Assembly: GCF_964194155.1 (NCBI RefSeq)
Contig: NC_135879.1
Location: forward strand, 128,712,001-128,776,000
Reading direction: 5' to 3'
Length of the DNA stretch: 64,000 nt
Source of the DNA: Cetorhinus maximus
Taxonomy: Eukaryota
In this document: positions 48,573 through 60,099 of the stretch, piece after piece
Position numbering within the stretch: position 1 is the stretch's first letter
Layout of the letters: every line of letters begins with the position of its first letter
Notes under the pieces: generated by a model
Database searches by the model: none
What the model saw: the letters and a program-made list of their open reading frames with translations, nothing else
Told to the model about the DNA's origin: nothing
Made by a program: the position numbers and the translations under genes

Positions 48573-51007
48573 TATTACGAAGTAGGTTTATGGGGGTAAG
48601 TATAGTTGGGTGTGTGTGTGATTTAATTACATTTTGTAGTCAAGCAGACTGCAAGCTTTAAATCATCAAAAGCAGCTAGGTGCTTGACATGAGTAACATG
48701 GATGCTGACTTAGCATGTAAGGTGTGAAGGGAATCGGCATTTTTAGATAAATGAAGGGATATTTGGATTTCAAAGGGATCTCAATCTGTTTACAACTAGC
48801 CAGATAAGCAAGGCTAAGGAATATGTTTATTTTTCAGAAAGGTTACTGATAATATTGGCAACATCAAACTTTTTATATTATGAGGAAGATACAGTTTCAA
48901 ATTCATATGGAATGATAGGATTTACATATTAAAAAGAGAGAAACATATATAAAGGAGAATGAAAGGTTATGTGTCCGAAGTCCATGTGAGATATAACAGG
49001 AGTGTGTGAAATAGCCTTAATGAAGCCTCCAGCATGTGTGCATTAGTCTGCTAAGTAACGAAATGGAAGCTGTAGAAAAGCCATTTGGAATTCCACTGTA
49101 TTGTGTTAACTTGTTGAGTTTGTTTTAAGTTGAAAATCTATTTTTGGACCATTGCCTTAAAGAGAGAGAGATTCGGGGTAGGTTAATTAGGAATTTTAGG
49201 AGTTATTCTCATAGTCAGTAATTTGTAGTCTTATGTAGTGCTTCAAATATCTTACATTTTGTTAATAAATATTTTAATGTAATTTTTAAAATCTCTAATG
49301 ATCCTGGTGGACTTATTACTTCTGGGACAGAATTTTGAGGTCAGCGGGAGGGCGCAGTTGGCGCCCTCAGGAGCAGCCAGGAAGCGGCTCGTCGCCCGCG
49401 ATCAGCCCCCGACCACAATTTCAAACTGTTGGCCCGCCCAGCGTGAAACACGGCTCCTCATTGGTCAGAAAGGAGGCAGGTGCGGGTACGCCGCTGGGTC
49501 CAATGGTAACCCAGTGGCCAGTTTAAAAATGGCCCAGGCAGCCCCTGGTAGGCTGCCATGGAAGAACGTCTCCTCTGCGTCTTCAACATTCAAGTTATGG
49601 AGTTGAATGCGGCTGCACATGGCAGGCGGGAGGGTAGGCCGGGTGGGCACTCAGCCTCCTGCTCTACAGATGATGCCTCGCAGTCCTCCTGGAGGAGTTG
49701 GCTGCCAAGAGGGACACCCCAGAGATGGAAAGAGCAGGCCACTGCACCTCACAAAGGTGGCATGGGAAGAGGTTGCAGCGCTGGTTCGCAGCCATGATGT
49801 GGTGCAATGCCGGAAGAGGTTCAATGACTTGCTGCACTCAGGAAGGGTGAGTACCATGTTGGCATGGGTCAGTGTGCAGAAGTGTTAAGGTGTGCCCATC
49901 CCCCTGTGGACCTCAGGCGCGCTAGAGTCTGAGTGCCAACTGTCAGTGACACCGGAGCTGGGCAAGGTGGTGTGCCCTGGCTACTTGGACTGAATGCCTT
50001 GCAGTTCGAGGGCCATGACTCAGATGTGCCCTGCAAGGTGTTCGTCAGCTTGAGTTGGCCAGGCTGCAATGGCACTGCAGGTAGAGAATGCACTAATCAA
50101 TACTCCTCTGTTCTTTCAAGAGAAGACAAGCCATAACCAATTGGAGAGGTCATAGACAGGTGGAGGCCCGCCCAACCTGCTGTTGCTCACCAAGTTCGAG
50201 CAAGGCACCCTTGAGCTGGAGAGCCGGCATGCTCTACACGCAGCCAGCCGTGGAGAGGCAGGGGTGCCAGATGAAGGTAGGAGTACAGTGCACAGAGGTG
50301 AGAGTTTCAGATTGTGCAACCATTCTAGTGTAGTCTCTTCATTGATGCCACCAGCGGAGAGCACAATCCCCATTACCAGGGTAACGGAAGGCTGTCTGAT
50401 ACCTGGAAGGGTCCACACTGTCTGAATCCTCCAGAGGCCTTGCAGATACCAATAAGCCCTGACATGAAGCCTGGAAATGCTAAGAATGAAGCCCCAGAGA
50501 AAGAAGTTGACAAGTACCAATAAGCAACCAGTAGCAAACTATCTCCAAACCTCCTCACTGTTCACACTGGCAATGCTGCTGACCCTTTTTATCCCACCCT
50601 TGGGTGAGGTTTTTGAAATTGTCGGCTGCCCGCCTGCCCATTTTGCCCATGCGACAAGCATGAAGTCGCACAGGCAACATAAAATACCGCTTAACTGCCT
50701 TTTTAATGGCCTTCACCAGCCTCGTAACTAATGGCGTGCGCGGATCTGGCACCCACGTGCGCCCGCCAAGCGAAATATCGCATGAGTGCGCGATGACGTT
50801 GGGAAGCTCACCCGGCATCATCAAGCACTATTTTATACTCGAGCGTGTCGAGCGCACACGCCTGCACACAGAGCAAAAAATTCTGGCCCTAAATTCAGCG
50901 CACACATCTCGTAATAAATACAAATTACAAAACCGTTGTGATAGCTCGACCAAGTTTCCCTCGTGGATTTGGTCCACCCGGCACACATCATCTACCACGT
51001 CGTAACA
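48573..51007 (+). mobile_element. Solo LTR split by the Harbinger element at 49325-50889
   Basis: TATTACG...CGTAACA termini. 49300-49323 plus 50890-51007 is the reverse complement of 57534-57670. Confidence 0.75.
49325..50889 (+). mobile_element. PIF/Harbinger deletion derivative carrying a Myb/SANT-like gene remnant
   Basis: TIRs GGGACAGAATTTT / AAAATTCTGGCCC. Peptide AWEEVAALVRSHDVVQCRKRFNDL, donor GG|GTGAGT at ~49847, and a next segment containing TGGGPP at ~50156. Confidence 0.85.
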
Positions 51008-51059
51008 ATAGAGCTGTTACTAAACTCGATGTGAAAACCAACTTTCCTCAGATTCTCCT

Positions 51060-51868
51060 AGAAATTGGGCTGGAGGGGAACTTGCAGTGGCGGTGGGGGA
51101 GGATCCAATTGTCATGGTCCACGTACATACCTACGACATAGCTAGAACTAGGAAAGAGATTCTGCATACAGAGTATGAGGGCCTAGGCACTAAATTAAAA
51201 AGCAGAACCTCAAAGGTTATAACTCTGGATTATTACCTGAGCCACGTGCAAATTGGGAGAGGGTATATAAAATTGGAGAGATGAATACATGGCTCAAAGA
51301 CTGGTGTGGGAGATCAGTTCAGGTTGTTGAGCACTAGTGTTGGGGAAATTGAGGGCTGTGCCATTGGGATTGTCTGCACCTGAACTATGCTGGGACCAGC
51401 GTTCGTGTGAACCGCATAGCTAGGGAAAGAGAGGGGGTTTTAAACTAAATAGTGAGAGCAAGGGATCAAATGCAGGCAGATGTTGTGTATTAAAAAGAGT
51501 AGAGTCAAGGGAAGAGAGGAAGGTATTAATATGGTAAATGACAAGCAGACCATGACAGTAAGGGACAGAGAGTACATGTTTAAGAGTAAATCGACAGATA
51601 ACCCTAGAGGTCACAAAAACAATAAAAAGGACAAAACCTAAGGCTCTGTATCTGCACGTAACATTTAAAAAAAAACAGATGAACTGATAGCGCAAATAGA
51701 GATTAATAAGTACGATCTAATAGCCACTGCAGAGACATGGCTGCAAGGTGGCATAGGTTGGGACCAAATATTGAAGGATAGGAAGTTAGAAAAAGTTGGA
51801 GGGGTGGTTCTGTTAATTAAAGACTACATTAGCATGATAGAGAGGGATGCCCTAAGTTCAAGAAACCA
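51060..51868 (+). mobile_element. CR1 ORF1 end and ORF2 start
   Basis: EDPIVMVHV...KLKSRTSKVI; DELIAQIEINKYDLIATAETWLQ. Confidence 0.85.
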
Positions 51869-51869
51869 C

Positions 51870-52680
51870 TGTACAGTCTGCATGTGGAGGTATGTTTGGA
51901 AGCTGACACACACCTACTAGTGAAAGCAGAAAATCTTAGTTTAATAAAAGCAACCTCTCACCAGCTAGGCCATCAAAAATAAAACTCTAGACGTAGGGCT
52001 TAATCTGATACTGACAAAATTACCTGTGACTCAACCATAACCCAATAGCAGGATCAATGTAGCAAACTGTCAAGTGATTCAAAAAAATACATTGCAGTTG
52101 TTTGGTAGTACAGAACTTGAATATTGCTGAAAGAAGTGTAAGAAATTAGGGTCTTTAATAAGCAGGTATTTTCTAGGTTTTATTGGATTAACTAAACAGT
52201 CTTGATTCTCTCTCTCTCTCTGGAAAGAGGATTTCTAAATACTTTGACCTCTAAACAGTCTTGGTTCAGGCTGCCATGTTGACATTCCTAAGCTGATAAA
52301 GGGGTGCACAAAATGCCACTCTATCTTTGCAACTGTTTAGAAAGGGCCAGGATATGACCTTCAGCAAGATTTACCTAAAAGCTGACCTTGAGCACAAGGT
52401 GGGTGGTAACTACTCAGACGTTTTGAGCACTTATCCTGTATCCAATGGTCAGAATAGTTAGATAGATGATTGACACTAGGGACGCTACCAGCACCCAAAA
52501 AGGGTATATATTGGTGTCATACTGGTGGTGGGGGGGTTGAGGCGCTGGTGAGGTGGCAGTGCTCGTTGGGCAGCTGCCTTCTTTAGCTGGAAGATGGACC
52601 AGAGGAGGAGGAGGAAGATCGATGGATTGAGCGAAGAGTTTCCTAACACTTCAACTAGAGAACGAAATGCTATTATCACA
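51870..52680 (+). mobile_element. Possible solo LTR
   Basis: Begins TGTACAG where CR1 homology stops and ends TATCACA; TATA-like GGGTATATAT at ~52502. No duplication confirmed. Confidence 0.35.
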
Positions 52681-52844
52681 AGCTATTACTTTTTCTGATA
52701 TGATATATTAACTAATAGGCAGAAAAAGTGTATCTAAACTGTTGTTTCTTAATAAACCATCTTAAAATGACTTATGGCTGGTCGACTGCCTATTTAGGTA
52801 TCTGTGGCCCCCAGATCTCACAATCTTTCAACAATCTTACGAAG

Positions 52845-52900
52845 TGGCCTGATGAGGGCAAGACGAAAAGCTTCAACATGTCTCTTTATTCAGCAAATAC
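52845..52900 (+). ncRNA. Minimal hammerhead-ribozyme-like motif (Penelope-type)
   Basis: CTGATGA-GggcaagaC-GAAA-AGCT-TC: full core, palindromic AGCT in helix III and a UC cleavage site; helix I is degenerate (TGGC/AACA). Confidence 0.55.
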
Positions 52901-53329
52901 TATTGTGGCTGTGTACGACAGCCGTCAGATCATAATTTTTTTAAAAATCTTCAAGCAGCTAATGAAGTCTTTAGATAACTAAAAAACAACAATGCCATCA
53001 AAATAAATTTTTATAAAAAGATGAATTTGTGGTAAAACCTGCCTTCTACAGATTGGTCTCTTCAGACATCGCGCCACATGAAACTATCCCATCCCCGATG
53101 CATTTGTTAAACGTCCATCATCTGAGTAGGTCAAAGAACTCTGACACAAAAAGATGATTACTTCAATTTCTATAAACCTTTGTTCTCCAAAACTAAATAC
53201 ATTGCTAGATTGCAAAGGAAGTACTTTAAACTGTCCTTTTGCAACATAGCTATCTACAGCTATCACCAGAGGGCGATAAAGCATCAGATACGCTTTCAGG
53301 TGCTTGACTGCAATGCATGGACATTTTTT

Positions 53330-53850
53330 GTTGCAGCTTTTTACGGGCTTATTTCATTATTTTCAGGTCTGTAGCTCCCTGAGGCAGCTGTCTGCCTTCA
53401 GAGAGCTCTCTCACAGCACTCACCTGTGCCTGCAGTGACGTCGTCGCCCACCCTCGTCCCACCCCCACCCCGGCAGCGCTGAGGTTTTAAACAAGTGCTT
53501 CATGCTGGCTGGCCGTTAATTGGCCAGCCAGCATGAAATCGCAGTCGGGGGTCCATTTCCCAGATATTTATTTTAATTTTATTTCCTAATGGAAACTTCA
53601 TCCCGCCCTTGGATGAGGTTTGATGAAAGATGTAAAGGCCACCTGACCGATTCGCCTGTTCGCCAGCCATAAGGCTGGACGGGCCATGAAAAATCGCAGA
53701 CAATTGTGCCGTTAATGGGCTTATTTGCCGCTTAATTGTCGGCGGGCGCACTTCCAGCTTTTGCATGCTCCCGTTGAGCGAAATATCATGAGTGCATGAC
53801 GATGTCGGGACACTTGCCCGATGTCATCTGGTGTGATTTTATGCCACGCT
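53330..53850. mobile_element. Rearranged Harbinger-like MITE (33594 family)
   Basis: 53380-53555 is inverted and 53560-53850 is direct relative to 33594-34278. Confidence 0.7.
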
Positions 53851-54089
53851 TCTGTCCTCTGTTTCTGTTTCTTCAGGCTGTGAAATCAATCAATGAATTA
53901 CAGGTTTCAACGTAGCTTTTATCTCCTGCATGCAAATGGATTACATAATCAAGTTAATATTCTGAACTGGGCACAGACTTGCACATAGTCAATTGGCATA
54001 GATTGCAAACAGATTGGAAACTGAATGTAGGAATTTGATGGAGGGGGAAAGGCAGTTTCTCACAACCAATGCAAAAGGACTGGACCCAC

Positions 54090-56310
54090 AGTCAAGTAGG
54101 CATGTGATTTGAATGGGAACTTGGAGGTGGTGGTGTTCCTATGCACCCGAGGCCAGTGGCCTTCTAGGAGATTGAGGTCATGGATTTGGAAAGTGCTGTC
54201 AAAGAGGTCTTAGTAATTGCTGCAGTGCATCTTGTAGATGGTACACATTGCAGACGTGGTGGAGTGAGTGAATGCTTCAGCTGGCGGATGGGGTGCTGAT
54301 CAAACAAGCTGCTTTGTCCTGGATGGTTCCAAACCTCTTGAGCTTAGTTGGAGCTTCAGAAAGTGGGAAGTATTGTAACATATCCTGACTTGTACCTTGT
54401 AGATTTTGTAAGGAACATATCTTTGTATTTTTGTTGGACTGTTGTAAAGAACATATCTTTCTATTTTCTGTTGGACTGTGGATTAAAATTACAGTTTGAA
54501 AGACATGTCCACTGGAACAGGATGAGAGATATATACAATGTTGCAGTCCTGGAACAAAGTGTGCCATGAAAGACAGGATGGTGCCAGAAAGGAGACCTGG
54601 ACCAAGGAAACTGCCTGGCAACAAAGTTTTAATTGGCTCCTGATCAGGTGACCAAGTTTTGTGTGAGAACAGTGCAGTAGAGTAGCTTCTAGTCGGAAAG
54701 GAAAAATACCTAAAACCTCTCTCTCCTGTGTGTAAGATTCCAGTAATTCCACAACAAAAGCTAGCTGACTTTTTTCTCCTCATATCTCTATAACCTACTC
54801 TCTCTCTGAAAACCTCTGTCAAGAAGCAAAGGGGAAAATCACTGTTAGAGACATTGACAGGCAAATGCTGAACCAATGAACTAAATACTGAAAGTGCTGG
54901 AAGACCACCTCATGTCATCAACAAGAACAGAAAGGAATTTGGAAGACATCAATCAAAATCAACCCACTGAATCCTCTGGAATTGGTGCTGTTGAGCTGTT
55001 TTATCCCACCCTTAAAATCTATGTTTTTGCGTGTCTTGTGTGTGTGTGTATATAGGGATTTAAGAAGGGGTAGAGTTCAGGTTATAGAATTAGAAATTAG
55101 CAGTTCATATTTCTTTCTTTTGCCACTGGTTAAAGACAATTAGCTCAATAAACAGTTATTTACTTATTAAGTTTACAAACCTGATGCTCGTATTCTGTTA
55201 ACCTAAATTAAGTTAGGTGGATTGATCAAACATTTTCACATTTGTCGCGGCTCAGGGAACAGTGGGGCTTGATATTACAGCGCATTATCCCCAGTGAGTC
55301 GTGACAATACTGGCAAGGTTTTGGGGAATCAGGAGATTAGTTACCCACTGCGTAATACCCAGCCTCTGACCTTCTCTTGTAGCCACATTTTTTTTGGCTG
55401 ATTCAGTTAACTTTCTGGTCAGTAGTGGCCCCCAGGGTGTGATGGGAAAATTGATGATAGTAATGCCATTGAAAGTCAAGGATAGAGGTGCCTATCATTT
55501 GTGTGGCATTCATGTTACTTGCCACTTATCAGCCCAAGTCTGAATGAGGAATGGTCATTGATTAAGCAGCTGAAGATGGTTGGGCCCAAGACACTGTACT
55601 GTGGAACACCAGCAATGTCCTGGGATTGAGATGATTGACTACCAACAATCACAACCATCTGTGTGCTAGGTAGGACTCCAGCTGGAGAGTTTTTTCAATT
55701 CTTATTGATCTGAACTTTACTAGGGCTCCTTGATGCCACATTCAGTCAAATGCCGCTTTGATATCAAGGACAGTCACTCTCATGTCACTCTGGATTCAGA
55801 TCTTTTTGTCCATGTTTGGACAAAAGTGGAACAGAGGTCTAGAGCCGATTGATAATTGAGCTCTTCAATTTGCCCTACTTTTTGTTAATAGGACATAGCT
55901 GGGCAATTTTCTACATTGTTGAGTAGATGGCAGCATTGTAGCTCTACTAGAACAGCTTGGCTAGAGTTGTAGGTAGTTCTGGGCACAAGTCTTTTCAGTA
56001 CTATATCTGGGTTGTTGCCAAAGCACATAGCCATTGTTGTATCCAACATTCTCAGTGTTTCTTTATCATGTGGAATGAATCGAATAGATTGAAAGCTGGT
56101 TTCTATGACAGGTGGGGACATCAGGTAGGGACGTGCTGAGCTCCGCCATCAGATGATAGGGATGTTCATAGAGGTGGCTCTTCTGGTTAGTTGTTTAATT
56201 GCCCTATTCATGACTAGTTATGACAGGACTTGACTTGGAAATATACTGCTATTCTTTCACCATTACTGGGTCAAAATCCTGCAAAGTCCTCCCTAACAGC
56301 GCCATAGGAG
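54090..56310 (-). mobile_element. LINE (second family) fragments split by a solo LTR
   Basis: EAPTKLKRFGTIQDKAACLI; homology to 62660-64000 resumes after 55306. Confidence 0.75.
54406..55306 (+). mobile_element. Solo LTR with a duplicated ~36-nt 5' end
   Basis: TGTAAGGAACATATCTTT...TTGGACTGT occurs twice (54406-54479); ends GTCGTGACA; AATAAA at ~55147. Confidence 0.6.
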
Positions 56311-56399
56311 TACATTCACCGCACACAGTGCAGAATAGAATTCAGAGTAGAAAGATGGAGGCATCCACAAGGGTAGGAAGGGGCATGCTGTGCAGGAAT

Positions 56400-56910
56400 C
56401 CTCCAGGAGAGTTGCACTGAGGGTACAGCAAAGTATACGAATGCAGTAGTAATTGGAAATTCAACTGTCAGAAGAAAGACAGGCAGTTCTGCCTCTGTTG
56501 ACATGAGACCTGCATGGTGTCAGGGTAAGGGACATCACATGGACAGAGCAGGGAAGGGAAAAGAGACAGGCTTTGTGGTCAATGTTGGAGCCAACAACAA
56601 AGGGAGGACGGGCCGAGGAATTTAAGAAACTAGGGAGGAAGTTAAAAACCAGGACCTCAAAACGAAGTAATCTCTGGATTACTCCCCTAATCATGTGCTA
56701 GTGAGAACAGAAAATAGGGCATGGCAGGTTGACGCATGGCTGGAGGCATGGTGCACGAGAGACAGCTTCAGATTTCCAGCATCAGATCTGTGGCAACAAG
56801 GACCTGTTCAAGGATGAATGGGTTGCACTGATCGCAGCTGGGCCCAATATCTTTACAGGCAGGTTAACTAATACTTTGGGGGAGGGATTAAACTAATTTG
56901 ACAGGGAGTT
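56400..56910 (+). mobile_element. CR1 ORF1 remnant
   Basis: AVVIGNSTVR, VVNVGANN, LGRKLKTRTS esterase-like segments. Confidence 0.7.
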
Positions 56911-57384
56911 GAGCACCATGTTGCAGTATTATAAATGGAAACAAGGTACACAGAGGACTTGGAAACAGAGTTAGAAATAATACAGAATGAGATGGGATCA
57001 TAGAAACTACAGAGATCCATGGTAGATAATCTTCCACAGTCTATGTTAGGTATATAAACATTTATCGTCAAAATCCCTTAGGGTATTGAATACTTCAGTA
57101 AGATGGCCCTTCTTCAGTGAAAGCACCAACAGGTTTAAAACCTTTCCTTGCTACTCAAGAGCATAAACTCAGCTAGCAATTTAGCTGTCCCGTATTACAC
57201 CCTGTCCAATGCCTGGTTGTCTTCCTCATAGTATTGACTAGAACTATACATCAATCCAGCTGGGTCTGAACCAGCCTTTTGTAGAAAGTCAAGCATTTCC
57301 TGCAATTTGCAATTTCCTCAAATAATACAACCTCTTTATTCCTGCTATATATTGTGCTGAAGGAAAGATTGTTGAAGCCATATT

Positions 57385-59584
57385 ACCGTAATTTGTGCCG
57401 GAGGCCTAAATACGAAGTACCGCCCTGAACCCAGCCCCCATCATTTTCACCGGGGGGAGGGGGAAACAGGGGTAGGCTGTGCTTTGCACATCCGTGGTTC
57501 ACGGAGGCAGCAGCCCATGTTAAAGTGCAGCTGTGTTATGACACGGCAGATGGTGTGTGCAGGTGGATCAAATTCACGAGGGAAGCTTGATCGTGCTATC
57601 ACAATGGTTTTGCAATTTGTATTTATTTTGAGATGCGTGCCCTGAAATCAGAAGTAATAAGTCCACCAAGACTTGAGGTTTTTTTTAAACTAAAATTAAT
57701 ATATACGTTAACAAAGGAGAAGAATTGAAGCACATACGTAGGCCTACAAATTACCACTATAATAACTCCTAAAATCCCTAATTAGTCTGGCTCCTAGTTA
57801 CACTCCCTTTAAGGGGATGGTCCAAAAATAGATTTTAGATTTTAAACAGATCCAGCAAATTAACACAATACCCTGGACAGTGAAAGCTCTCTCCAGCTTC
57901 GGTTTCTGTAGACAGCAGGCTCAATGCACAAATACTGGAGGCTTCACACACTTCTGTTAGATCTTACAATGTCTTCCCCTGACACATAGCCTCATTCTCC
58001 TTTATATATGTTTCACCTTTTTTAATATGTAAATTCCATTGTTCCCCTATGTCTTTGGAACTTTACCTTTCTTATAATGTAAATCTTATCATGTTGCTAC
58101 TATTCTCATTAACCTCTAAAATTCAAATCCCCCTTCATCTATCTCAAAATGCAAATTCCCTTTACACCTTACATGCTAATACCCCAACCATGTTTACTCA
58201 TCAGCATATTAAAGACACTTCTACACCTTACTTCTTTTGCTAACCTCAACTTGCAGTCTGCTTGGCTACAAAACATAATTAAATCACACACACAGACATA
58301 AAACCACAACCTCCATAAACCTACTTTACCAGGAAAATATTATGAAAATTACTATACTCTCATGACAAGCTGCCTTCAGTCAGATCCAATTTTAGCTAGC
58401 AGGCTGTCCAAAACACAACTTGTGTACTTTAGTCCTATCAGGCAAGGTCTAAGACTACCAGAGTTCTTTGGAGAGGTCCCTTTTAGCAAGGTCCAGGGAT
58501 ACCTTGGCAAGATGCCCTTTGGGATTATTAAAATTAGACATGAATGTGTATAAAAAATGGATGAACTTAGTGGAGCTGTCAAGCTCATTGCAACTGTCAA
58601 GGGCGATGTCAAACTGTCAAGAAAGCTGTCAAAGCTCATTGGAAGTGTCAAACAGTCAAGGGGTTTAAATCTCTTGCCATTCATTTTTTTTCAAGTGTCT
58701 GCACGTTTAAAAAAGTGCTTTCTATTTCACTCTGCCTGCTGTCATAAGCCTGAGAGTTATCATTATAGGATTAGTGCTGCAGGACTGATTTCACAACCTA
58801 TTATTACAGTGGGGTGCTTGTTAGTTCACAGTTTTATTGACAGCTCCAAGTGCTTATAAAGTCTTTGATGTGGGGCTATGAATACAAATATGTGTTATTG
58901 TAAAGGATTAAATAATTGAAGGAATATAAATGTAGTGAATGGGTTTTTAATCAATGAGGGGGTTATTTTTTTCTTAAATAGTGAGGTCATCAATAGATTC
59001 TTTGAACCTTATTTTATTTCCTCTCAGCATGGGTCCTGATGTCTGCCCATGGTGGATACTGGGTGAGTCAGCATGGAGGTGTAAGGGCAAAGGGTGGTGA
59101 TGAAGGCATGGGTTGGCTCAAGTTGGCATTTTGTCACAGTAGTTATATAGGGGCACAGGGATGGGTAGAGGGGGATAGGTTTGGATAGGGGCTATAAAGG
59201 GCCGTGGGGGGCTGGTAGGGGGCTTGGGTTGGACTAGAGGCTATAAAGGGCCATGGGGAGGTTAGAGGTGCATAGGTTGGCATGGAGATTATGAAGGGCC
59301 ATGGACGGATGGGTGGGGGGCACAGGTTGGCATGGATAAAGCATGGGGAGTGTGTGGGGTGTGAGGGCCATTTTTTGTTTTATTGCTTTTTTTGCAGCTG
59401 GGACAAAGTGCCTTTTCATTGAGGCCGCTATGCTGCCTCCAAACTGTTTCCAGAACAGCAAGCCTGATTCCTATTACAGCTACACACCACCCCCTCCTCC
59501 CGAATGAAAATCGGAATTTCTGGGGCAGTTTTTTCGGAATCAGGCTCATGGAGCCGGGATAACCCAGGGGCGAAAATTTAGCCC
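57385..59584. mobile_element. Probable old Harbinger-like element with a G-rich interior, split by a solo LTR
   Basis: Right end GAAAATTTAGCCC; G-rich GGCTATAAAGGGCC repeats at 59190-59300; left TIR degenerate. Confidence 0.4.
57534..58367 (-). mobile_element. Solo LTR with a 5-bp target-site duplication
   Basis: TGTTATGA...TCATGACA termini; AGCTG at 57529-57533 and 58368-58372; homologous to the LTRs at 48573 and 60461. Confidence 0.85.
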
Positions 59585-60099
59585 AAAATTTTACGAAATA
59601 CAATCTATAAATGTACATCATTTTCTTTTTGTGTTGTGCCCTACAAAACAAAACCGTTTCAATTACATTGCCCCCCCTAATCTTATGACTTTGCATTCAT
59701 TCACATTATATAATATCAACAGCACAAGTCTTTAAATTATCCAGGTTCCAGTAGCCGCTTCCAAGTCTCATATGTACACCATAAACAACAGCAGCCCTAA
59801 AACAGATCTCCAATGTTCCCCAATAATTACCTTTGATCCAGTTTCATATACATTCCTTTGCCTTCTCTTTCAGCCAAACTTTTGCAAACAGAAGCACTTC
59901 ATCTGTTCTATTCCTTGGACCAAATTAACTAACATATTTAAGTAACGTTCACGATGTTCACTGACGAGAGAACAAATCTTGTGGACAGGAGGAAGATCCA
60001 TTGTATACAATTTTCTTTCTATACCTTCATACACATGTTCAGGATATGGTACCTTGGCAGTTATTTTATTGGACTAACAATCCAGTGTCATTTTTTTTT

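Noticed and set aside
54277-54876. 199-aa ORF
   Set aside because: Chance read-through from an antisense LTR into a LINE fragment; no coherent domain.
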